Assembly (NCBI GenBank): GCA_016931185.1
Contig: JAFGFI010000018.1
Coordinates: 1,135-65,134, forward strand
Reading direction: 5' to 3'
Length of the DNA: 64,000 nucleotides
From: Anaerolineae bacterium
GTDB lineage: Bacteria > Chloroflexota > Anaerolineae > B4-G1 > SLSP01
Numbering within the stretch: position 1 is the stretch's first letter; the number at the start of each line of letters is the position of its first letter. Below are positions 9,852 through 17,555 of the stretch, piece after piece. Below the pieces are notes generated by a model. The model was not told the origin of the DNA. It saw only the letters and a list, made by a program, of their open reading frames with translations, and ran no database searches. The position numbers were made by a program, and so were the translations under genes.

Positions 9852-10733
9852 TTATTTCTCGTAAATCATATTATCCGGCAACCGTAGTAGATATTCACCG
9901 TATTCATTTCCTTTAAGGGTTTCCGCTAATTTATAAAGTTGCACTTTATCAATGAAACCACGCCGGTAGGCAATCTCTTCTGGGCACGAGATCATCATAC
10001 CCTGCCGCTTTTGCACCGCGTGGACGAAGTTAGATGCTTCCAGCAACGACTCATGGGTTCCCGCATCCAACCAAGCCACCCCACGACCGAGGATATCTAC
10101 ACGCAATTCTCCCATCCGCAGGTAGGTGAGATTGACATCGGTAATTTCTAATTCACCGCGCGCTGAAGGTTTGAGATTCTCGGCAATCTCAACCACCCGG
10201 TTGTCATAGAAATAGATGCCCGGCACGGCGAAGTGAGAACGGGGCTGTTTGGGTTTTTCTTCAATGCTCAAGGCTGTACCATTTTCATCGAACTCAACCA
10301 CACCATAGCGCTCCGGGTCACTGACCGGGTAGGCGAAAACCAACGCGCCTGTTTCAAGTTGCGCAGCAGCGCGAAGCTTGTCCGGCAGTCCATGCCCATA
10401 GAAGATATTATCGCCCAGGATCAAGCATACAGGGTTATTGCCGATAAAGGCCTTATCCAACAAAAACGCTTGTGCAATGCCTTTTGGTTCGGCTTGCGCG
10501 CAGTAGGTAAAGTTCAACCCCCACTGGTCACCCTCCTTAAGCAGTGATTGAAACTGCGGCAGTGCTTGCGGGGTACTGATAACAAGAATATCGCGAATAT
10601 TTGCCAGCATCAACATCGAGAGTGGGTAGTAAATCATGGGTTTATCATAAACCGGCTGCATTTGTTTACTTGTGCTCAATGTAATAGGATACAAACGTGT
10701 GCCATGTCCTCCAGCTAAGATGATACCTTTCAT
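9852..10733 (-). CDS. rfbA: Glucose-1-phosphate thymidylyltransferase
   Basis: [18 protein letters not shown] nucleotidyltransferase signature. The 293-aa length is typical of RmlA/RfbA. Confidence 0.9.
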   Translation of the reverse strand: MKGIILAGGHGTRLYPITLSTSKQMQPVYDKPMIYYPLSMLMLANIRDILVISTPQALPQFQSLLKEGDQWGLNFTYCAQAEPKGIAQAFLLDKAFIGNNPVCLILGDNIFYGHGLPDKLRAAAQLETGALVFAYPVSDPERYGVVEFDENGTALSIEEKPKQPRSHFAVPGIYFYDNRVVEIAENLKPSARGELEITDVNLTYLRMGELRVDILGRGVAWLDAGTHESLLEASNFVHAVQKRQGMMISCPEEIAYRRGFIDKVQLYKLAETLKGNEYGEYLLRLPDNMIYEK

Positions 10734-10851
10734 TATTTCGTAAGCTCCTTTCAGTTTAGTTTTAATGCGTGAAACATGATGGGTGAAATGTAATGCGTAG
10801 ATACTTCAACGTTTAGGCGTGTTACATAAAACCTAAGCGGATCCTTACATT

Positions 10852-13110
10852 TTACGCTAGTATAGTTTCTAACTGAGATGCAATATACCCTTTACGATTC
10901 ACGTCAGTGATGACAATCTCTTGTCCCGCCTCCATCTTAAATTCTAATACAGGGCACTCCGCATCCTTCCAGGAATTTGCCAGGAGGAAGGTACCGCTGC
11001 TTTCGCTGTAGACGCGGACTTCGCGCAGGATGCCGTTTTCACGCGTTGCACTGACAAGGAACGCGCCTTCGGTGCGGATGCCTTTAAAAGTCACATTAGC
11101 CCAGCGCGCTGGTACACCAGCGAAAATGTAATTAACACCACGCCGTGTGTGGAGCAGCATATCGAGGATAGCAGCAGTCGCCCCCATTCCCGCATCCATC
11201 TGCATCTTCTCCTGGGGGAAGGTCCTCCAAGCAGGCACTATCGCGGGTGTACCGATGAGCGTGAACCCAGGGAAGACACAGTCATGGAGTGTACCGTGTC
11301 CTTCGTTGGTGTAGACACGATCCCAGATTTCAAGCAATAATTCGGCCATCTCGCCATTATCAAAACGGCTGTGCAACATCGCCGCCCAGGGCACACACCA
11401 TCCCGACCACATTCCCATCCCTTGTTTAATCCAAGTGCGCAAACTGCGTTCGTAAATGGCGGACCACATTTCATCAGCAGGGTCGAGTACATCAAAGGGC
11501 ACTATCCCGGCCAGGTGTGAATGATGGCGATGACTTTCTTCTAAAGGTGTCTCCTCCCACAACGCGATCTCTTCGCCACCGGCAGAGCCGATGAGGGCGG
11601 CGCGAGGTAGATTTTGGCGAATATCCTCCCAGAGGGGATCGGGAATTTCACCCAATACAGTGGCGGCCTTTTGCAAATGTTCACACAACCAATGAATACA
11701 GGCCAATTGGAAGCTGGCATTGCGTCCCCAGGCGTTCATCGCTGCGCCGCGATATTCCGGTGATACGCCAACCGGCAACACCCAGGCATCTCCTTCGCGT
11801 TCCAACATCGCTTCATAGACGCGCATCGCGCCAAGCATGAACGGGTAGACGGTCTCACGCAAGAAATCCACATCGCCGGAATAGATGTAGTAGCGATACA
11901 TCATTTCCGAAACCCAGGCCGTGCAGCCGTGATCCACCGAACCTGTCCAGAAACCGCCCATACAAGTACAACGATCATCCACAGCATGAGGTAGCATTAC
12001 GCCATTTCTGAATGGCACGTCTCCGTTGAATGTCGGAGCATCCACAAAGATACGAGCATTTTGGCGCAACTGTGGTTGCCAGGATGCAATCATCTCGAAA
12101 AGTGGCATGAGATGCGCCAACCGGTTGCCGCGATAGGCGGGCCAGTAGCACATTTGCACGTTGATATTGAAGTGGTAGTCACCCGACCACGGTGGCATAT
12201 TGGTTTCCTCGATCCACGGGCCTTGCAGTCCGGCGGGAATACCTTCGGGATGGGTCAGTCCCGCAAATTTGAACATCCCGTAAGTGTAGAGGAAATCAAG
12301 TGTGGCGTTGGGTAAGTCAAGGCAGGGAACATCGTGCCAATAGGTATCCCACCACACAGCGGTGGCAGCGTGGTGTGCGTCAGCTCCAGCAGTGATGGCG
12401 GGCAATAGGGTGGCATAGGCATTGGCTTGCGCGCCGGCAGCATCTTCGCCATAGGACAGCGTGAGCCACAGATTTGCGTCGTCAACACGGTAGCCCACAC
12501 ACAATGGCGGGTCAACCGGACGGGATTGTACCCAGCCGGAAAGCGCGTCACTATCAAAGTATTGCGGTTCCTCGAAAGAAATCTCGCGCAAATATTCACC
12601 AACGTAATCCCAGGACGTAACGCGCTTAACAATGATACTGCCCGGCGCGACATGATCAGAGAAGGCGATATGTAGAACCGGAGCGTCCATAGAGAGAGAA
12701 AGTGTAAATATCTGTGGGCCACTTGGCCCCTCCGCACAGACGGCCACTTGCCCTGTACGCATATCGAGTGTACCGGTGGTGAGATGCATTTCAGAGGCCA
12801 GTACCAACTCAATGCGGCCCAGCGGCAAGAGACTGGGACGGCGAGGTACACCGGGCGTGCTTTCACCCTCTTCAAAAAGCGCGCGCAGCCCGGTTTCGTC
12901 ACCCGCTTCGAGCAAGTGACGGATGTTGGTGTAACTCATCCCCTCAACCCAGGGTTTACCACCACGATGATCCCAGAAGTCGCCTCGATTCAACGTGACG
13001 CGCAGCACGTTGTCTGCGCCCCAGATCATCACCCCCATCACGCCGTTACCGAGCAACATGCCCGTGTGCGTGCGCCGGAGGGGAAAGTGCCATTGTTCTG
13101 TGAAGTGCAT
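10852..13110 (-). CDS. GH95-like glycoside hydrolase (alpha-L-fucosidase-type fold)
   Basis: 752 aa. The N-terminus LLGNGVMGVMIWG...LNRGDFWDHRGG resembles the GH65N_2 / GH95 N-terminal signature. Confidence 0.65.
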   Translation of the reverse strand: MHFTEQWHFPLRRTHTGMLLGNGVMGVMIWGADNVLRVTLNRGDFWDHRGGKPWVEGMSYTNIRHLLEAGDETGLRALFEEGESTPGVPRRPSLLPLGRIELVLASEMHLTTGTLDMRTGQVAVCAEGPSGPQIFTLSLSMDAPVLHIAFSDHVAPGSIIVKRVTSWDYVGEYLREISFEEPQYFDSDALSGWVQSRPVDPPLCVGYRVDDANLWLTLSYGEDAAGAQANAYATLLPAITAGADAHHAATAVWWDTYWHDVPCLDLPNATLDFLYTYGMFKFAGLTHPEGIPAGLQGPWIEETNMPPWSGDYHFNINVQMCYWPAYRGNRLAHLMPLFEMIASWQPQLRQNARIFVDAPTFNGDVPFRNGVMLPHAVDDRCTCMGGFWTGSVDHGCTAWVSEMMYRYYIYSGDVDFLRETVYPFMLGAMRVYEAMLEREGDAWVLPVGVSPEYRGAAMNAWGRNASFQLACIHWLCEHLQKAATVLGEIPDPLWEDIRQNLPRAALIGSAGGEEIALWEETPLEESHRHHSHLAGIVPFDVLDPADEMWSAIYERSLRTWIKQGMGMWSGWCVPWAAMLHSRFDNGEMAELLLEIWDRVYTNEGHGTLHDCVFPGFTLIGTPAIVPAWRTFPQEKMQMDAGMGATAAILDMLLHTRRGVNYIFAGVPARWANVTFKGIRTEGAFLVSATRENGILREVRVYSESSGTFLLANSWKDAECPVLEFKMEAGQEIVITDVNRKGYIASQLETILA

Positions 13111-13133
13111 AATTAGGCTCCTTATTTTATAAA

Positions 13134-14531
13134 TTATAGATCGGGTTTTTCTGCAGAAACGGTGAATTCTCCGATAGTCGATAAAATTGTACTTGGTTGC
13201 ATTACAGAAGAAAGTTGTTGCAGTTGCTTTAAAATGGCCTGCCCCGGCGCTACCTTTCGTCCAATTTGTGTATAAAACTCATTCCGCTCCCGCCGGGCAG
13301 GAAAATGAAACTTGGCCCAATCACTCTGATACCCCAACCTTAGTGTACGTTGTAACACCGTGTGCCCGTAGATAAAGTATGCCCCATCCAAAAACGCCTC
13401 GCGCACAGGTTCCAATTCTGGTACATCGAAGTCATCCACCAACTTGAGGCCGTACTTGTTCATCTCTGTACCCACATTAAGCGGCAGGTCGAGGCGTTGG
13501 GCTAATTCCACCACTTTGTACAAATTTGCCACCTTACGTGCTTTGGTTTCCGGGTCCGCGATATTCCAGTTACGATCGGGGATAATGTTGAGAGCGACAA
13601 TGCCCTTACCGATGAGCAAATCCAACAATTCTTCAATAGCCTGCTCGCCTGCCGATGTGCCATCCAGCCAGGTGGCACATGGGAGTGCGCCGGCAGCAAT
13701 GATGACGGTGTTCACTTCTTCCACACTGGGGAAGGTATCTGGGCTAGGCTGGACATAGCCCACTCCACCGCGCTTCATAAGCTTGCTGCGCACCAGGTCT
13801 TGAATTTTTGGGCCGTCGTCGAGAATAGTAATAATTTGTTCTCTTGCTACCTTGAGCTTATCTGCCCAGAACCCCGCAAGGTCGGTGACCGTGTCACGCG
13901 CGAGATTGACATAAGCAGCGCAGATGTGCCGTTCCGTCGCATTACCTGCCGGTGTGAGCAGTAATACATCGCAGTCATAATCCAATCTTACCGGGTCGAG
14001 GTAAGCGTTCACCTGTTTAATAACACCCCGATTCCGCTGCCCCGCTCGCTCGCGCATACTCTTAAGAATCGCTGTCGCTTTTGTTCCATTCCGATCCATA
14101 GCGTCAGTTGAGACAAAGCCAATGCCCATATAATAGAATATCCCTGGTTCTCCTGGGGAGTTGATCTCGCGGCTGGCAAATTCCGGGATAAAAACACGCG
14201 TTTCCAACCCCGCGCTGCCTCGCACTCCAACGAGATCACAGGCATTGAGAAACTCCTCTACCCCATCTAGCACATCAAAGTCTACGATACCCATCAACTT
14301 GTAGCCTTGCTTCTTTGCCAGCCACGCCAGCGCGCTTGGTGAGTAGCCATAACCATTATAAGAAAAAAAGGTATGGCAGTGCATATTAGCGACTTCTTTC
14401 TCCGGTTCCAGAGGGATTTGTCCGGTTTCGGCGAGATGCACCAGACTCATCAAGGCATCAGCCCTGACTTCGGGATCAAAATCATTAAGTAAGAGTTGTT
14501 GGGTTTCAATTTCTGAAATTTTATCCTTCAT
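13134..14531 (-). CDS. PHP-domain metal-dependent phosphoesterase-like protein
   Basis: HCHTFFSYNGYGYSP...GIVDFD motif typical of PHP domains. 465 aa. Confidence 0.55.
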   Translation of the reverse strand: MKDKISEIETQQLLLNDFDPEVRADALMSLVHLAETGQIPLEPEKEVANMHCHTFFSYNGYGYSPSALAWLAKKQGYKLMGIVDFDVLDGVEEFLNACDLVGVRGSAGLETRVFIPEFASREINSPGEPGIFYYMGIGFVSTDAMDRNGTKATAILKSMRERAGQRNRGVIKQVNAYLDPVRLDYDCDVLLLTPAGNATERHICAAYVNLARDTVTDLAGFWADKLKVAREQIITILDDGPKIQDLVRSKLMKRGGVGYVQPSPDTFPSVEEVNTVIIAAGALPCATWLDGTSAGEQAIEELLDLLIGKGIVALNIIPDRNWNIADPETKARKVANLYKVVELAQRLDLPLNVGTEMNKYGLKLVDDFDVPELEPVREAFLDGAYFIYGHTVLQRTLRLGYQSDWAKFHFPARRERNEFYTQIGRKVAPGQAILKQLQQLSSVMQPSTILSTIGEFTVSAEKPDL

Positions 14532-14558
14532 ATTTCACCTTTAGGTTAAAAGAGGATG

Positions 14559-14578
14559 GCAAGGTTCAGAAACCTTGC
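14559..14578. repeat. Copy 2 of the GCAAGGTT-CAGA-AACCTTGC hairpin
   Basis: Identical hairpin to copy 3, located 28 nt upstream of the PHP-gene start on the minus strand. Confidence 0.6.
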
Positions 14579-14650
14579 TTATCAGATTGACATTTCTAGG
14601 CTAAACAAGGGGAAAGTGTCAATCTAACTTAAACCATGCCAAGAGGATAC

Positions 14651-14686
14651 GTTTACATTTTTAGACACAGACCCAAAAATGTAAAC
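14651..14686. repeat. 12-bp perfect hairpin GTTTACATTTTT / AAAAATGTAAAC
   Basis: 12-nt loop. Followed on the plus strand by atatc TTTTTT. Confidence 0.5.
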
Positions 14687-14749
14687 ATATCTTTTTTGGC
14701 CTTTAGACCGTTAAAACACCGTAAATCTAAACCAGCATTTTATAATATG

Positions 14750-14799
14750 AAACGTGAACCGTGAATGCCTTGTTCGAAATTTCATCACGTTTCACGTTT
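14750..14799. repeat. Inverted repeat AAACGTGAACCGTGA / TCACGTTTCACGTTT
   Basis: 14 of 15 positions complementary. Located downstream of the APH-like gene stop. Confidence 0.5.
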
Positions 14800-14836
14800 T
14801 ATATTTATTGTACTATGGAATATCCGAGATGCCTAT

Positions 14837-15862
14837 TTAAAAGGGCTGTATAAATATTTCCCGCATCTCCGCAAACCGGTTCTCGAATTTTACGCGCATC
14901 GCGGCCATCCACGGTGGATCAAGCGCTGGGTCGGCAGGAACAAGAGCGTTCATATCCCGTGCCATTTTGAAAATGTACATAAACTTAACAAAGCGCGGGA
15001 TCTCATTCAACCAGGAGGTGATAGCCGGGCGGACGGTACGATATCCACTCAGAAAAGTTTCCATAATATGATCGCGCCGGGCCGGGGAAAGATCAAATAC
15101 ATCATCAAGACCAAAAGCCAGATCGGCCACATACCAAAAGTAGGCCGCGTCATCAAAATCGAAGATGTGGTAATGACCTGCTGTACCGTTACCGCTATAC
15201 CAGGCCAGATTATCAATACAAAAATCCCAGTGGATGAGACCATAATCCTCAGGCCCGGTAGGGAGTCCCGCGAGCCAGGTAGCAGCTTGGCCTAAAAAGC
15301 GTCGTCCGTCGTGCTCATGTGATGGTAACCAGGTAGCAACCATTTTGATAATGTCCTGCCACGCAGGTCGCCGACAATCCTCTGGAGGCTGGTATACTTC
15401 CGATGCTTTGTGGACTTTGGCTACTATTTGACCCCAAGCGGCAATTTGTACATCGTCCAGAGTATCAACTTCCAGGTATGGATTGCCCGGGGCCTTCTCA
15501 AAAACAGAAGCATAGAACCCGGCATACGGGCTATTCACTGTCTCTATGTAGGTTCCAGATTCGGAGGGAAGCGCCCGCATTGCAGGAATATCTTGTCGGG
15601 CCAGGTATTTGATAAATTCCAGCTCTGCCTGGATATGCTCATAGGTACGGCCATTTATGCCGTCACCGGCATGGACTAACCGCAAAATGCGCGGCACACC
15701 CTGCTGTTCAAAAGTATAAATCGCATTCGCGCTATACCGTAAATGTTGGAGTGTGCCGACATCGTAATCCCAATGCGCCAATGCTGCGTGTGCCGTGGGC
15801 ATATCTTTTGCTCCTATCTCCGCCTCCGCAACAAGTTGACGCATTACATTTAAATTCATCAT
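14837..15862 (-). CDS. Aminoglycoside-phosphotransferase-fold (APH/ChoK-like) kinase
   Basis: Catalytic loop LIHWDFCIDNLAW (HxDxxxxN) and IFDFDDAAY (DFD metal-binding motif). Confidence 0.7.
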   Translation of the reverse strand: MMNLNVMRQLVAEAEIGAKDMPTAHAALAHWDYDVGTLQHLRYSANAIYTFEQQGVPRILRLVHAGDGINGRTYEHIQAELEFIKYLARQDIPAMRALPSESGTYIETVNSPYAGFYASVFEKAPGNPYLEVDTLDDVQIAAWGQIVAKVHKASEVYQPPEDCRRPAWQDIIKMVATWLPSHEHDGRRFLGQAATWLAGLPTGPEDYGLIHWDFCIDNLAWYSGNGTAGHYHIFDFDDAAYFWYVADLAFGLDDVFDLSPARRDHIMETFLSGYRTVRPAITSWLNEIPRFVKFMYIFKMARDMNALVPADPALDPPWMAAMRVKFENRFAEMREIFIQPF

Positions 15863-15983
15863 AGGCAGTCCCCTGATCGCAAATCAATAAACTGGCTACC
15901 GGACACTTTTTATTAGGATGACGTATCTATCCCAAAAATTACCCTTTGAGCCGGATTGCACGGCTAAAGCCGCCGGAAAAGAG

Positions 15984-16023
15984 GGTATTTTTGATTTCGA
16001 GCTACCTCGAAATCAAAAATACC
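15984..16023 (-). terminator. 18-bp perfect hairpin downstream of the URO-D-like gene
   Basis: GGTATTTTTGATTTCGAG ctac CTCGAAATCAAAAATACC. On the minus strand it is followed by CTCTTTTCC. Confidence 0.4.
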
Positions 16024-16232
16024 TACTTAAAAACGATTTTAGTCGCAAAATCCGACATAATTGCGGCTAAATATCCTACTGTGAAAAAGTGTCTGGTAGC
16101 TAGATCAATAAATCACAAAACCCGCAAAACCTTTACGGACTTTGTAGTATCGCAGGTCATTCGGAAATGAGGCGTCATTCAGAAATGACGTGGGATTTTT
16201 CATCCTTCATTCTTCTTCGCCGGCATCCAATT

Positions 16233-17405
16233 TTACCCAAATGTTTCTCGCATTTTCTCACAATAATATTGTACGTTTTCCCATTTCCCATCCGGTGCGA
16301 TACGGTGATCGGGACAAGGAATGTAACCTCCCAACTCAACCAGGGGCTTGAGGCGTTCGATTTCGGCATCTATGGCAGCATAATCACGGCTAAAGACAAC
16401 CTTATCCATACCACCAACACCGAGCAAGGATTTGCCATATTTCTCACGCCACGGTGCAATACTGGACCGCCACGTACCGACCTCGATAGGAAACATGGTG
16501 TTCACACCATTATCAAGCCAAACGGGCACAAGTTTGGTCACATCACCGTCGCTATCCAGTGAAACAATATCAATGCCATAATGGTTGACCAGTTCAGTGA
16601 TACGCTTGTAGTGCGGGCCTACCATCCTGCGGAATGTTCGCGGACTGATCAGGGGGCCGCTCTTGAAGGAGATATCCTCCCAAAAATGAGCAAAGTCAAA
16701 GGGTGCCGGGCCTCCATCCGGGCAGACCAGTTCCAATGTGGCTTTCGCGGATTGATAACAAAGCTCAGCGACCGTATCTACAATCTCCTGCAACAGGTCA
16801 GGATCATCCGCTAACATATAGGATAGAGGAACTATCCCTAACCAGTTGCGGATCACACCAAAGAGACTGCCGACATGAATGCCATACGGGTTGATCCACA
16901 CACCTTGCCGCAGATAGTCCAAACCGCCCTGGTCAAAACGTACCATTGTACCCTCTACGTTGACCCAAGCGCGGGTGACGCGCTCAATATGATACTGTAA
17001 TTTAGGCCTAAAAACCTCTTCCCACGAAGCACGATCTTTAAGCGTGTGGGATATCTCTTTCGGAATAGATGTGGCATCATCCTTTTCTAGGACAATCACC
17101 CCATCTTCATCCAACACATGGCGCGATCCATCAGGAAATACCTCGATCACTTTACGGCGTATCGGCGGTATCAGCCGCGTTGCCGGAGCATAACACGTGT
17201 TCCAGTTAAAATCAAATCCCAGACGCGCACCAATCTTAGCATCGGTGGGATTCCCATCGCCCCAGGCGCGAGCTTCCTCTTCAGTAATGTGCCCCTCTGC
17301 CGCCCATTTGTCCAGAGTCTCATTCCAATAACCAAAATGGACGACAGGCATCCGGTCATAAGATTCATAATGCAAAATGGCGTGTGTACGTTCTCGATTG
17401 TTCAT
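16233..17405 (-). CDS. Uroporphyrinogen decarboxylase (URO-D) family protein, non-heme context
   Basis: 390-aa ORF with overall URO-D/MtaA-like TIM-barrel sequence character. No neighbouring heme genes. Confidence 0.6.
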   Translation of the reverse strand: MNNRERTHAILHYESYDRMPVVHFGYWNETLDKWAAEGHITEEEARAWGDGNPTDAKIGARLGFDFNWNTCYAPATRLIPPIRRKVIEVFPDGSRHVLDEDGVIVLEKDDATSIPKEISHTLKDRASWEEVFRPKLQYHIERVTRAWVNVEGTMVRFDQGGLDYLRQGVWINPYGIHVGSLFGVIRNWLGIVPLSYMLADDPDLLQEIVDTVAELCYQSAKATLELVCPDGGPAPFDFAHFWEDISFKSGPLISPRTFRRMVGPHYKRITELVNHYGIDIVSLDSDGDVTKLVPVWLDNGVNTMFPIEVGTWRSSIAPWREKYGKSLLGVGGMDKVVFSRDYAAIDAEIERLKPLVELGGYIPCPDHRIAPDGKWENVQYYCEKMRETFG

Positions 17406-17511
17406 AGTATCTCCTTACATAAATAGATGCGTTACACTTTCCGAAATGCGATACACCTGTTTCCATCCATTAACGGTGAACCCCGCTCATGGAAATTTCT
17501 TAAGGCTTTCA

Positions 17512-17555
17512 GGCAAGGTTCAGAAACCTTGCTTTTTACTTTTACACTTTTACGC
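17512..17555. repeat. Copy 3 of the approx. 45-nt element, abutting the stop codon of the GAF/PAS kinase gene
   Basis: GGCAAGGTTCAGAAACCTTGCTTTTTACTTTTACACTTTTACGC. Confidence 0.6.

Noticed and set aside
15946-16562. Plus-strand ORFs 15946..16170 and 16167..16562.
   Set aside because: The first spans a perfect 18-bp hairpin and intergenic repeats. The second is antisense to the URO-D-like gene. Neither has an RBS or domain signal.
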